Made by a program: the position numbers and the translations under genes. DNA of 64,000 bases, from NCBI RefSeq assembly GCF_046119375.1, contig NW_027362761.1:883252001-883316000 (forward strand). Reading direction: 5' to 3'. Below, piece after piece: positions 1 through 13,689 of this stretch (positions are counted from its first letter, which is position 1; every line of letters begins with the position of its first letter). The notes below the pieces were generated by a model. That model was not told where the DNA came from. It made no database searches and worked only from the letters and a program-made list of their open reading frames with translations. Source of the DNA: Phyllobates terribilis. Taxonomy: Eukaryota.

Positions 1-111
1 ATTAAATGAAGATAATAATACCAAAGAATATGTGATTGCAATCATTTTCAGGAAGAAACTGAGTATTATCTGACAGAATTGCAGGGGTGCCAATACTTTT
101 GGCCACCACTG
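1..111. mobile_element. Terminal inverted repeat end of a Tc1-like DNA transposon (remainder outside window)
   Basis: Ends ...gcaggggtgccaatacttttggccaccactg followed by TA, the reverse complement of a typical CAGTGG..AAAAGTATT Tc1 terminus. Confidence 0.65.
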
Positions 112-154
112 TATTTCTCTCTGTAAGTTTGGAGCAAATGCTTACTTATCCTTA

Positions 155-661
155 AGGGAACCTGTCACATCCCTAAATGCTATTTACCTGCTGATATAGG
201 GGTTAATAGTGTCGCAATGCTGTCTGGCCATCTAACTGAAAGCGCGACTACTGGGAGAAAATACATTTTATCTCTCCTGGGTGCCACCGGCTTTCAGTCA
301 TAGAAGCATGACGGTGACGGAGAGTCTCCAGCCACCACTCAGTACACAGTGAGCGGCGGCTGTAGGCACACCCTGGCACTTTGATTGACAACTGGATTTA
401 TAGCGCATCTGTGTAGAGTGAGCTGTCAATCAAAGTATTGGGGCGTGGCTACAGCAGCTGCTCACTGTTTACTGAGTGGTGACTGTGGCTGCTCCGGGCA
501 CACCTCTATGACTGCAGCTCCTGGGAGGAATAAAGTTTATTTTCTCTCCATAGCTATGCTTTCAGTAAGCCTGCCGGACATCCCTGTAACACTATTATCC
601 TGCAGATGTAGTCCTATATAGCTCTATATATAATAATATTTGGGGACATGACAGGTTCCCT
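155..661. mobile_element. T2/Kolobok-type MITE
   Basis: TIRs (A)GGGAACCTGTCA ... TGACAGGTTCCCT flanked by TTAA on both sides; no coding capacity. Confidence 0.7.
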
Positions 662-3189
662 TTAAAATGAACAGTTACTGTTTTGCGTACATGAATATCG
701 CATTATAGTGAAACTTTGATTTTTTAAATATTTTTAAACATGTCCTACCTTTATTAGAATGTGTGTTTCGATGTGTCCAATTGAGACATTCAAGGACATT
801 TTTTTGGACTGAACATAGTCCGAAAGCCCTTGAATTCTTCATTGTGTCTGCCTATAAAAGTTATGAGTACACCTCCCTTGCAGCACCTGCTGATACTTCC
901 TGCACTGTCTTCATTGTTTTCATTGAATAAAATTCGTATTACTGAAGAAGGTCTGGTGATATGATCGAAATGTTAATATTTTGGATTGTTTGCACCAATA
1001 AGATTATCTTACCTACATTTGAGGGCCCAGTTCTCTTTATAATATTTTAAGGGATAGGATACTACTTTTGCACCAATTACCAGGAGTGCTATGTTCGGTT
1101 TATTCTATATCAGCATTTTCACCCTGAAACTGTCAATTTGCAGAAATCCTGCAGGGAACCAAGTGACTAATGTCCCACCATTCATTCCCATCTTTGATTG
1201 GTGAAGTTTACCCCTTTTGCAAAACGTGTTAGGTTTAGGAATCTACACTACTGCAGATTTGGTAAAACAGTGATTCTGCTGTAACCAGTTGTCTTACAGG
1301 CAGACACAAGACAGTAAGGTGAAGGAAGGGGACATGGATGAGCTCCTGAGATGCTAAGATGATTTCTTTATATATTTCTCATTTGTCATATGAGAAAAAA
1401 AAAAGATCTAGGTAAAGTAGGAGATTAAGGGAATAATTGCTGGTATATATTTTCTATTTTTGGACATTTTCTGTGTTCCTTACATAACCCTCGTATGATG
1501 CTGAGTCACTTCTCACAGGCAAGCCATGAGTCGGGGAAGTCTAGAACTCCAAGGTCAAAAGCCAGGTGAGTACATGAAGGTTGAAGGGATAAGACAAACG
1601 GATAGTCTTGTAGGCACCATAGCAAATAGTGAAGGTGCGTAGGACTGTGAGAGGTTAACAAAATTAAAAGTTACAACAAAGCTGTTACTTGCATCTTGTG
1701 TACATTCAGGACCCTGGATTGGTGGATGGGTCTTTTGAGGGAGAGTCAAATGGGTTTCTAAGCAATAAGAAAGGGTACCCACTCATATCACCTCATCACA
1801 TTGATCATCAAACACCCTCCCACCCCGCAGCTTTTTGTAGATGGTTTTTTGAATGGTATTTTTTACAGCTGGTGGTTTTGGCCCTGATGTTTACACATGA
1901 TTACTGCCTCATGTGGTGACTCCGCATGGGGTGGAGTTAACATTTGGTGCTATCAGAAAATCAGAACACAGAGTACAGAGCTAACACATCACTGAGCAAG
2001 GCTACAACTGCCAAAGGTCGAACCATTGCCAGCCAGCTAAATATCCAGGTACTCACCCTGAATGAGCCCAGAACACCCCTGCCTTAGATTGGACAACTAG
2101 ACTGTCACTCACAATACTTGACAGCCCAGCATGCCCTTGATCCCATAGGGCAGCTGAGCTGTCACTCACAACATTCTTAGGACACTGTGAGTGGGAGAAT
2201 CGTGACACCTTTTGTACAATATCTTTACATGTAGAGCAGTCTGCTGAGCTTTGTCTCGGTCCATCAGCATAATCATCGTCCATGATCTCCGTCTTGTGTC
2301 AAAGGGATTTGTTTTCATGAAAAATGTTATCAAGTCTAGCAGAAAGCTCCAAAGCTTTCTAAAGGAGAGATTTTGAAAAGTCCCTCCCGTTCTGTTTTTG
2401 GAGAAAAAGTAATTGCTACCTGTAATGCAAATCTTAACAACCAGTCAATAATCAATTTGTCATCAACATGCATCTTGTAAACTCATAACCATTGACAACA
2501 GAAAAAGAGATAATCCACCATAATGCACTCAAATTTCATAAAGAGTAGTATATATGGTTGTCATTCATCTAATTCCTTTTGGAAAACTTATATGTCACCT
2601 CAAGTGTACATCCAGATAGTATATATCAGTGCCCCCTTTCCTTTTTCCAACCCCTTCCTTTATTGTTTTGTTTTTTTAACCCATTACATTTCTTTATGGT
2701 TATGGTAAAACTAATAATCCGAATTGTAAGGCAACTAAAGTTACAAATGTTTTAATTTGAGTGTCAGGAAAGTCAGCCGCCATCTTAGGTATGATACGTC
2801 ATACCTGAGGATATTCCCTATTGCCATTTCTAAACATCCCCCACACAGCTTCTAACATTTCACATTCTGCAGCCCCTGGCAAACAAAGCAATTCGCCCCC
2901 ACCTCTGTAGATCAGTCTCCAGAAACTGCTTTGATATGGTAAATAGATGGGCCAGTTTTTGTTGTGTCCAAGCAGGACAGAGTCAGCTAGGCCCCAGGGG
3001 GGTAATTAACACCTTGATGTCACTGGAAACCAAAAGCAAACCATTTGTGCAAGCCTGCAAACCTTTCCATTGTCTGAAGAAATCATGTGCTTTCCTTGTG
3101 GAAAAAGGCCGCCAACAGCTGCAGATACTATCCATTCATAACCACACGATACAAGTTAGGGAACCCAATTAAAATGTATCATGTGAGGA

Positions 3190-4000
3190 AGGTGCCCACA
3201 GACACAATCGTGGGACTTATAAATCCATGAGTGGCCTGGAAAGCTGGATATTTAGAAGAACCATATACAAGGTCCCAGGGGAGGCATGTTTAGAGTCAAT
3301 GGCTTCCCCACAAGAGGAGGATCACGACGAGACCTCTGGTGATAAGATGAGATCACCCCAGGGAAAGTTATGGGTACTTTTCTAAAATGAAGCTAAAATG
3401 AGCATTAGTAGGGGGGGCGGGTCTTAGTAAACTGACATCACCAAGAGTGGGCGTGACAGGACTTTAGTATAGACGACAGCCAGAAACCCCCTCAGTTTGA
3501 CCCAGGAGATGATGTGAACAACTCCTAACGTCGGGTCCAGGTCTCTGAGTGGGAGGAGCACCTTTGCCATGTGCTACTGAGGCCGGGACGACTGCAACTG
3601 AGCTTGAACCTGTGGGATCGCAAATCCTCCCTTGCACCACAAGAACGGTAATTGATTTATCGTTGTTATTCCTGTATTTTGTATTTCTAATTGTTATAGC
3701 TCTTATTCTGGCCAAATACCGTTGTATAGTTAATTGTATAGCCTTGTAATCTAGTGTATTCTTATAATCGATTAAATCACAAATTAATCATGGGCTGTAT
3801 CCTTTACTCTTCATATATGAATCCATTGGTCCGGAAACGCTTGGCTGAAACGTTACTGGGTTGGTTTCTGACCCGATACAAGTCTATTAACGGACCGGGC
3901 TTGTATCAAACAAGAACTGGAGGCAGCATACCATCTGGGGGATTTGAGGAAGGCTGGCAGTGACGGTCGGAGGTGTGGATATATATTACTGGCGCAGCCA
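3190..4000 (+). mobile_element. Possible degenerate LTR-like fragment (boundaries uncertain)
   Basis: GC-box/promoter-like block, followed by TGG-starting PBS-like motifs (tggcagtgacggt, tggcgcagccagggg); no second LTR or TSD resolved. Confidence 0.25.
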
Positions 4001-4086
4001 GGGGAATATATATACCGCCCTCACTGCAGAGGGCCTCAAATACCCAGAGGGCTACAGGATGGCCTCTCCGGCGACCACTCCCTCTA

Positions 4087-4279
4087 GGTGCAGTACCTTG
4101 ACTGACCTGAGAGGCAAGGGGGCGCCAGAGAGTTGTGCCTGTATCGTGGCGTCACAGATTGGTGACGTGTAAGGGACAACACACCACCGTCTTTTCCCCC
4201 GCTGGTAGCAGCTTCCTGGCACCACTTACTCTGGGTGCAGTACCTTGACTCACCTGAGAGGTAAGGGGGCGCCAGAGAG
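4087..4279. repeat. 46-bp direct repeat pair (4087-4132 and 4234-4279)
   Basis: ggtgcagtaccttgact(g/c)acctgagagg(c/t)aagggggcgccagagag twice, 2 mismatches, 147 bp apart. Confidence 0.8.
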
Positions 4280-4384
4280 CTGCACCCACCGGCCGGTTTT
4301 CATCACACTGAGTAAAATCAAATAAAAATTAATTGACAAGAAAAAGAGATAATCCTGATAAAAAAATAAATATGACAGTATTAC

Positions 4385-4555
4385 CTGGGCAGTAGAGAAG
4401 TGTTGCAGCCATCGTTCTATGTGTGTAGCATACCACCCAGGCATCACGCACCTCCTTTGGAGTGATAGTAGATCAGGAGAAGCCTGGCTGCCAGCAGTGA
4501 TCACCTCATAAAAGCTGTATTTTAGAGCTACAGGGTCCTGGTGAGCACGCTGGTG
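4385..4555 (-). CDS. NDST3: Internal exon (171 bp, phase 0/0) of bifunctional heparan sulfate N-deacetylase/N-sulfotransferase, sulfotransferase domain; NDST3 favoured, NDST4 not excluded
   Basis: Encodes [57 protein letters not shown]; acceptor ttgtgtcttcag, donor CAG|gtaata; continues in frame from exon 21936-22110 as in vertebrate NDSTs (RAYSWYQ|HQR). Confidence 0.9.
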
Positions 4556-6358
4556 CTGAAGACACAAGTAATCACATGTTATTTTAATGTTGGCTTAACA
4601 TGTGACATTATACAAGATGACCAAGCAAAATACATTTCTAGAAATAACGAATAATCCATGCAATAAAAGTCTCAAATAAAATTTTTTCACATTTTATTGC
4701 AGCCTACAATCTGACGACATGACCCTTTATCCAGAATAAGATGTGTACCCCCTGATCTAGATATTTCTCTATAAGATACACTGGAGGCATGCATCTTTCT
4801 TGTGCCCTAAACATTTTTCCGCAATGCACGAATGTCTTGATCTCCCTTTCCTTGTCATTTGGATTGAGATTGAATGTAGCTGCATGGTTGCGCTTGACCA
4901 CTGTGGCTTTACCAATGTACTTGCTCCACTTAGTGTCCAATTAGCCATTTGTGACAATGCCGCTACATTCAACCTTGACCACCTATGAGCTACCCATTTG
5001 ATGGTGTTTTTAATATAACAATAATTATATATCGGAATCCTCATTATATCATAGATGACCCAGCACCTCTTCAGAACTATTGATATGGGTCATTACAAAT
5101 GTGACAGGTAAACATTGAAAGCTGGGCAATATCCATGGTGCTTGTTGCTATTATAATAATACCAGAATAGAATCGCCTTTAGATTTAATATGAAGCTCTT
5201 GCCCTGAATCCCGATGTCTTGTTTACCAGGAAGAATGCTTTGCATTACATTGCAAGATTTATGAACATTAATGTCAGAAATGCAGGTCAAGCTCTCAAGT
5301 TGAGTTTAATGAGAAGGTGTAAATCTGTCTATGGAATGCTAGAGATATATAAAACCTCATTATGTACTGTGTTGTGAAAAAGTAATATACATTTTCAATT
5401 TTGTGCTAAGCCAAGCATTGTAAGACTGCACAGTGATTTAGATCCACTTGCTAAGCAATCTTAAGCAATTCATTCTTGAAAATTGCACATTAAAAGGTCT
5501 TCTTCAGAAAACAGCCCTATTGTTTTATTCAGATACCTCTTGTGGTTTCAACGCTGAGTGTCATTTTTCTTCCATGAGCTACTGTGCAAAAAAGGTCCAT
5601 AATTTGGAAATTTATTCAAGAAACATCCTTGTCGTATCTTACATTTAATCAGTCTAGCTTTAGTCAGTAATAAGTAGAAAAATAGGCTTCTCATTACTGT
5701 CCTATTTCATTGACATTGATGTCATAGCAAATATATACTTAAACATATATTTTGCTGTACATTGCAATCAATTTCAACCGAACCTGTCACACAAAATTTG
5801 TATTCATTTATACCGTGTTATACCATGATTACAGTCATTTAATTCAGATAGACCTTATTGTTTTCTACAGAATAAGCAGAAATCAAAATGATAGGAAAAG
5901 GGATGGTAGAAAAGAGCCCTTTGTAGAAATCTCAGAGTGCCACTTTTAAAATCCTTATGAAGGGCTTCTTAATACGAAAAATCTATCAGCTGAAAATGTG
6001 TTAACGTGATCACATGAAAAATAAAACTCAATAATACTCAAATAATAAAACGCAAAATCAAATACTCAACTTTCAAATCACTCACTGCTCCGATGCTGCC
6101 ACCCTAGTGGTTCCCCAGTGGTCTCTGACCACTTTGCAGAAGCAATGATGTACAAATATAGGCAGATGACCTTGAACGCACAGGGGCCCATTAAGTAAGG
6201 GGGCCTCTTCAACATATAAAGCAGCAAACAGCTTCTGGCACAGTCACATTATTGAACTGCAAATGGCCAATATACTGTCCTTGCACAGGGGGCGCTCTTC
6301 TCTCTATATCCTCCCCTGCAGATGGCTGTTGTATCCAATCATTATTCATGGCTGTCAT

Positions 6359-6692
6359 CAGGGCTGTGGAGTCGATAAGCCAAACCTCCGACTCCGACTC
6401 CACGACTGACTCTGACTCCCTTATACATGGCTCATGTTTAAGTAATAAATTTACTGTAGCACAGATTCATCTCAGCTGAAAGACTAGACCCTTCGATCAG
6501 GAATAGGACAGATATTTATAGGACATTTCATAACTTTCCCAAATTCTTATGAAAAAATGTTCCCCACAAACTGCATTGAACTACTGTACCCAATTTATTA
6601 TATATTTTAAGAGTTGGAGTTGGCTCATTTTATACCGACTCCGACTCCACCAAAATGGGCTCCGACTACACGACTCCGACTCCACAGCCCTG
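6359..6692. mobile_element. hAT-derived MITE (334 bp)
   Basis: 16-bp TIR CAGGGCTGTGGAGTCG...CGACTCCACAGCCCTG, subterminal GACTCC repeats, perfect 8-bp TSD GCTGTCAT (6351-6358, 6693-6700). Confidence 0.9.
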
Positions 6693-8289
6693 GCTGTCAT
6701 GTCAGTATATGTGACTTGGGACCACTATGGTCATTGATCAGTTAGACCAACCACATGTGGGTACGGGCACATCATCACAAGGTAAACTATTGTCTTCATG
6801 GCAGGGGATATAAATATTAGTATCTGTTTTTTTATCTGCTCAATTCTCATTTAGATTTTTAAACAGCCCAGAAACCCCTTTAATGAAAAAGCCCCTTTTA
6901 AAGCACATGCACAATTTTAAATATGCCATTACTTGTAAGAAATTGTCAATCAGTTTCTCTTCAAGAACGGTTGCAGGCTGCAGTGAATATTATACTAATA
7001 TAACTCCAATGGTACATATTTGCATCATAAATTAGGTATTACTATATACTTGTTCCACTCAAACATCATAATTGCATATATGAAAGAAAAAATAGAAAAA
7101 AAAAACCTGATAAGTTTAGGGGAAAAAATCCACCCCTCCAGCCTCTCCCTCCCCTTCGCCCTTTTTTTCTTCATTATTGCACACTATCACTTTATGCATA
7201 AATTATTATGTACTGCACTTTTTAATTACATTGTTTTGTATTCATGAGATTAATTGATCTGTAAACTGCATACATTATTTATGTTTATGTTTTATTTAGT
7301 TACTTTGTAATATTTACTTTTTAAACTTATTAATCATATTTATTAATTGATATGTTGGTGCACCGTTGTTGTTTTATTCAATCATTGGAGTATTTTGTAC
7401 ATCGTATTTCATTAAATGTATAATTTGTAACATAAGTTGTGCACAACACCATCATACCCGCCATCATTCTAATACAGGGCTGTGAGGGACAGATTATGGA
7501 GAGGGTTAAGGTGGCAAGTGTACATGAGTTCTGTGCTCCTCTAGTTCTTCCAGGCTCCATTGGCAATGTGAGGTGGTACTGCCCATGGTATGAGCAGAAT
7601 CATGGCATGACTGATCGAAGGAAGGCTACAAGGACCGTACTTCCTGAGTTTAGACCCTGAGATCATACCACCACTCTACAAATAAACAGACTAATTTCTA
7701 TGAACCTTCTGAGGAAACTTAAATAGGCAAAGCACTCATTGGGGGTCAGTGGATGGTGAGCGTTTGTAATGAGTAATAATATTCAATATGTTATGGTAAA
7801 TGAGCTATGACTTTGATATGTTTGTATTGTATTCTATTGACTTCTATGTACTTTATTATATATGCCATTTTGGAATAGGCTTTGCTAATTGAATTTTTGC
7901 CCAATCTCCTGCACCAAATTTTATCTGGTTTTCATGATCTGAACATTTGCTTTTTTTCTCACATTCTTTTATGTGTGAATAAAACATACCTTTTAAATAC
8001 CTCAGTGATTCCTTGTTCTCTTGTCATTGTGCAATATACAGTGGGTGAAATAAGCATTGAACACCAATTGTCTATGTAAATATATTTCTAAAGGTTCTAT
8101 TGACATCCAATTGTCACTAGATTTCAGTAACAGCCCGTCCAATCCAAATAGGGAAAGAAATCAAATCAAAGATTTCCATTAATTAAGTTATGTGTAATAA
8201 TGAGAAATTACACAGGGAAAAAGTATTGAACACGCTTACTGAAATTGAATTAATGCTTCGCACACAAGCCTTTGTTGGTGATGACAGCT

Positions 8290-9353
8290 GGGTGTGGTGA
8301 ATATTCATGGACTTTAATAGCAGACATGCTGACAGCCGAGCACAGAAGGAGCCACGCTATTTGGGTGAATGAATGGTCACTGCTCCCAATGCACGCAGTC
8401 CCGGCGTGGGGAGCAGTGACTATCCTGGCACAGCATCTCGCTGTGTGAGGGCACATGGCAGTTTCGCCATGGGGACTCACACAGTGAGAACCCTGTCGGC
8501 AATGATAAGGGGGGCCGTACATACAGGGATGAAGGGTGCCATACATACCAGGAAGAAAGATGAGGGGGGCCATACATATCGGGTTGAGGGGGGCCTTACA
8601 TACAGGGATGAGGGGAGCCATGCATACAAGGATGAGGGGGGACATACATCCAGGGATGAGGCATGAAGGGGGCCATACATACCAGGATGAAGGGGGCCAT
8701 ACATACAGGGATGAAGGGGCCATACATACCAGGATGAGGGGGCCATACATACAGGGATGAAGAATGAGGGGGGGCATACATACAGGGATGAAGGGGGCCA
8801 TACATATCAGGATGAGGGGGGCCATACATACAGGGATGAAGAGTGCCATACATAACAGGAAAAGGAGTGAAGGTACCATACATACCAGGAAGAGGGATGA
8901 AGGTGCCATAGATACCAGGATGGGTGTGAGGGGGGCTATACATACCAGGATGAAGGGTGCCATACATACCAGGAAGAGGGATGAAGGGGGCCATGCATAT
9001 CAGGATGGGGGATTGGGGTGCCATGCATACCAGGATGGGGAATTGGGGTGCCATGCATACCAGGATGGGGGATTGGAGTGACATGCATACCAGGATGGTG
9101 GATTGGGGTGCCATGCATATCAGGATGGGGATGAGGGCCACGTATAACAGGGAGAAGGGGGACATATATACCAGGATGGGGGATATTAACAGAATTGGGG
9201 GACATTACCCCTATAACAGTGTCAGCAGCAGACCCCTTCCCCATTAACAGGGCATCATGACCACATTTTTTGCTTACATTTTTTTTCTATTTTCCTCCTC
9301 TAAAACCTAGGTGCGTCTTATGTCTGGTGCGTCTTATAGTCCGAAAAATACGG
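8290..9353. mobile_element. Tc2/pogo-like non-autonomous element, left-truncated, with internal ~22-24-bp minisatellite
   Basis: Right end gtgcgtcttatagtccgaaaaatacgg|TA; internal (ggggccatacatacagggatgaa)n at ~8490-9200; same family as 17458-18734. Confidence 0.75.
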
Positions 9354-9596
9354 TATATTTTACATAAATATAAATCAATATTATTCAGAAACTGCATAAG
9401 GTAAAAGATATATCTAAAATGACAATGTAATTTGCAACATTTGTTTTCTTACTCTAAACAAAGAAAATTTGTCTAATGTCAAGAAAAATGGATGTAGTCA
9501 AGTTGCAAATGTAATTGTAGACCAATTTATTAAAGACACAAATTAGTGGCTACTCATAGAAGAGGTAGAGATATTTTAAACAGTCAGTTGCAAATA

Positions 9597-10643
9597 CAGT
9601 TGTGCTCAAAAGTTTACATACCCCGGTAGAATTTTTCCTTTCTTGGCCTTGTTTCAGAGAATTTGAATGATAACAAAAAGCTTTTTCTCCACTCATGGTT
9701 ATTGGTTGGGTGAAGCCATTTATTGTCAAACTATTGTGTTTTCTCTTTTTAAATCTTAATGACAACCAAAAGCATCCAAATGACTCTGATCAAAAGTTCA
9801 CATACCCCAGTTCTTAATACTGTGTATTGCCCCCTCTAACATCAATGACAGCTTGAAGTCTTTTGTGGTAGCTGTGGATGAGGTTCCTTAATTTCTCAGA
9901 TGGTAAAGCTGCCCATTCTTCTTGGCAAAAAGCCTCCAGTTCCTGTAAATTCCTGGGCTGTCTAGCATGAACTGCGTGCTTGGGATCTCCCCAGAGTGGC
10001 TCAATGATATTGAGGTCAGGAGACTGAGATGGCCACTCCAGAACCTTCACTTTGTTCTGCTGTAGCCAATGACAGATCGACTTGGCCTTGTGTTTTGGAT
10101 CTCTCTCCAAATGTAATGTTTTTGGTTGTGGCCAGAAAGTTGAATTTTGGTCTCATCACTCCAAATTACCTTGTTCCAGAAGTTTTGAGGCTGGTCTCTC
10201 TGCTGTTTGGCGTATTGTAGGCAAGATACTTTGTGGCATTTGCGAAGTAATGGCTTTCTTCTGGCGACTCGACCATGCAGCCCATTTTTCTTCAAGTGCC
10301 TCCTTATTGTGCATCTTGAAACAGCCACACCGCTAGTTTTCAGAGAGTCCTGAAGTTCAGCTGATGTTATTTGAGGGTTTTTCTTTGCATCCCGAACAAT
10401 TTTCCTGGCAGTTGTGGCCAAAAAATCACCAGGGTATGTAAACTTTTGATCAGGGTCATTTGGATGTTTTTGGTTGTCATTAAGATTTAAAAAGAGAAAA
10501 CACAGTAGTTTGACAATAAATGGCTTCACCTAACCAATAACCATGAGTGGAGAAATTTTTTTTTTGTTATCATTCATATTCTCTGAAACAAGGCCAAGAA
10601 AGCAAAAATTCTGCCGGGGTATGTAAACTATTGAACACGACTG
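9597..10643 (-). mobile_element. Internally deleted Tc1-like transposon
   Basis: TA|cagttgtgctcaaaagtttacataccccgg ... ccggggtatgtaaactattgaacacgactg|TA; long IR/DR-type ends; transposase remnants (KKNPQITSAEL..., WSDETKI, DPKHK...WPSQSPDLNIIE). Confidence 0.9.
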
Positions 10644-10672
10644 TATGAGAGATTTGTTCAGAGCCATGAATC

Positions 10673-11709
10673 TGACTCGCCCCCTGGGCCATGGGGCACT
10701 CGGATCCGGGCAATAGGGGAACAATGAGGGTAGTAGTGGGGACACGGTCCGTGGCTCAGGGTGGTCAGACCAGTGGTAGTCCCTTTATAAGTTTTAAGTG
10801 ATGTCCGACTACGCCACCCGTGGATTGCGGTCAGTGCGGACCGCCTCTGCCAGGTAGACCGCTGGGGCTGATGATGTATGCAGCTGGGATAATGTGACTC
10901 CCCACGCGAAGAGTGCGGCTCCAGGGCAGTATAATAGAAGATGGGGGTGATGGTGTAGGGTGTCCCAGTACCGTTAGTGCTGGAGGAGCAAGGAGCACAC
11001 AGACAACAGATTGCAGTCCAGGGTCTTTACTAGAACAGGTGAACTGACCCACAAACAGTCCCAGCTAGGAGGGGACCTGGATGTCTGAGAGCAATTGGGA
11101 AATTGGCCCTGGTCAGGGTGAGGGTGTAGGCCTACCGTGCTCTCTGCGCTCCTTCTGGCTATCTCCTCCTGATAGGGTAACAGCCCACGGTCCCGAACTC
11201 ACCGTGTATTTTCGCCTGTATGGCCTGCAACGTGGGTCCCTTTCTGCTCCCGGCCTGGTACGGCTTTGCTGGTCCCTTCTGTTGTGGCAGAGCCTCCGGG
11301 CTTCTTAGGCCAAGGAACATACAGTCCCCTGTGGACTGGTTATCTGCTGCAGGGCGTGGAATCCTCACAGCCTCAGACACCAAAGTCTGGTAAAATGGAG
11401 TTCTTTGTCTGCCAAGACAGGCTCACTTTGCCTCTTGTCTCTGGCTTGTGGCTCTCCTACTGCCACACTTCCTCTTAGGGTGCAATACAACTGTCCCTCT
11501 CTGCTCTGGGACACTTCTCAATCCTGAGACAGGTCGTCCAGCTCTCTCTAACCCTGCCCCCAGTTCCAGCTTTTATAGGGGCAGCCTGCTCCCCCTACTG
11601 GCCTGAGACAGGAGGTATGGCATGCTAATGTTCCCCTGACTAGAGAACCTCCCCCTTGCTCTCAGACACAGCTTTATTATATTTGTGGCATCCAGGCCAG
11701 GGTGACATA
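10673..11709 (-). mobile_element. Solo LTR (Gypsy-type, related to the LTRs at 50564, 53990, 61590)
   Basis: Termini resemble the other LTRs (tgactcgcccctgggcc ... gggtgacata, terminal CA mutated to TA); 4-bp TSD AATC at 10669-10672 and 11710-11713. Confidence 0.75.
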
Positions 11710-13198
11710 AATCTGTTATTTGGGATGATTATTCTCAACTAAGTTTTCTATTTTCATTGGTTAAAAAAAAATAATTTATGAATGAGAGCTATATTGTTTT
11801 ACCAATTGCATTTTAGCAACATTAGCAAAAGTGTTAATAAAAAAAAAATCTGAATTAAACTACAGTATAGGTGCATAAACATACTAAACATTTTTTTTCT
11901 GAATTCTATGATTGTGTAAGCCTAGATTTAGGAAAAGTTAGACACTAAAGTACATACCATAATAATAATTTATTCTTAGTCTTGGCTGTTTGTACGATGC
12001 ATAACACCGTTGTGATCTGTGTTCCACGGCTTATCCACATTACTACATCTTGTTCTTTTCCTAGAAATTACTTTTGCAATCAGAAATTTCCCTTCTTTGC
12101 TGCCTGTAGCACTTGAGTTGATTATATATTTCCCCACTGTTCTGGACTAGTTCTGCATCCCGGACATTCTAGGCACTTCATAAAATGATATCACAAGACA
12201 ATACACTCAAACTTGAATTATTCAGGTAGCGAATTTGTTCCTATCTCCCAAATAGTAATGACTTTTGTGTATAGAAAGAAGAGTTATATGTGACGCAAGT
12301 TATTTTTTTTTTCCTTCCTGTATTTCCCAATCTGTTTTTCCCAGCTCTTAGCTTCCAGTCTCCAACCTTAAGATGTAAAAGCATTGTAAATTTAAAGTAA
12401 ATGTGCGATTAAATAGCAGAACTGTGACATAATTTGCAGACATCCAAAAATAATATCCAAAATCAAGAATTTCAATTCCATATATTATGATGTAATTTGT
12501 AATCAGTTCACGACTATTCTCTTTTTTGTGACCAGGCACATTTTTAGTTTTTTTTTACGCACATTCGGTTTAAAAATCTGTTAAATTTTTTCTCATTGGG
12601 ATATTCAAATAACGTTTAAATATTTTTTTCTGAATATATGGGGCTTCATCTTTATGTATTTGTTATAATCTTTTTTTTGCTGATATCAGGCAATTTCTGT
12701 GGTAAAATAAAGGAAATACATTTCTGTTTTACACTGTTTTTTACAAAGGACCACTAAAACACATTTTAAAATATGTTCCACTTTCTGCCAGAATCATTTT
12801 TAAATATTGCACGTTTTTGTTTTTTTTTCAGGGCGGGACTAGTAATGATTTGGATTAGCAATAGCTTTTTAATTTTTTTTTTAAGTGCTATTTATTTAAT
12901 TAATTCTTTATTTTCAGTTATTTAACATATCGTGCTCCCATAATGCATTTCAACATTTAAATACTTTTTTTTTTACTTGATTTACCATGTAATTGGGGCT
13001 AGTATATTAACCCCAGTTACAGTGGAAAAGCAGCTTCCTGTCTGCATAGCAGAGCTGACTACGTCTCCTTGGACCAAGCAGGTTCTGCTCTTTCCCTACA
13101 CTGTGTGTACAGCGATAGAGAGGGCAGAGATAGAAATAATACATCTCTGCCTTTTCTATGGGGAGTATGGCTGTGTCTTAAGGCCCCCATACACATTA

Positions 13199-13350
13199 AT
13201 AATAATAAAGAATAATTTTTATTTCTATAGCGCCAAAATATTATTCAGAGGGACATGTATAGGCAATAAATACAATAAAAAGTAACACATAATTCAACAG
13301 ATACCAAGAGGAGTGAAGGTCCTGTCCGAAAGCTTACAATCCATGAGAAA
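13199..13350 (-). mobile_element. L2/CR1-like LINE 3' tail remnant
   Basis: (aat)n tail followed by tttatttctatagcgcc ... aagcttacaatc, the reverse complement of the common L2 3' end pattern. Confidence 0.45.
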
Positions 13351-13689
13351 ATTAGATTAATGTTGGTGGAACTATTGATATCGACAAATTGGGACAGCAA
13401 TCAAATGTGTATGGGGGAGCCTGCCGACTGATGGTCGGGAAAGATGTTAATTGAACATGTAGGTTTTTGTACTGTCAGTCATTTCACTTGTTCTCCCGGA
13501 GATAAGCTGCCGGCTGACATGTCAGTTGGTGGCTTTCTCACAAAGGACGCATTAGCTTTCATAGCTGTTATAACACTAATTATACTGTGGAACAATGATA
13601 GTCATAGCTGAACGTGAAAATAGGAAAATTAGTTTTTTTTCTGCCTTTTTCAGTGGAAGCAAGTCACTTGATGTAAGTTGTAGAACTTA

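Noticed and set aside
1480-2720. Possible downstream NDST exon or other gene (76-aa ORF ending at a GTGAGT donor)
   Set aside because: No NDST similarity (expected LLIIDGQQL...); text looks like a decayed retroelement ORF with many stops; family not resolvable by eye.
8250-9247. Multiple His/Pro/Met/Gly-rich ORFs (also 17825-18625)
   Set aside because: Translations of MITE minisatellites on both strands.
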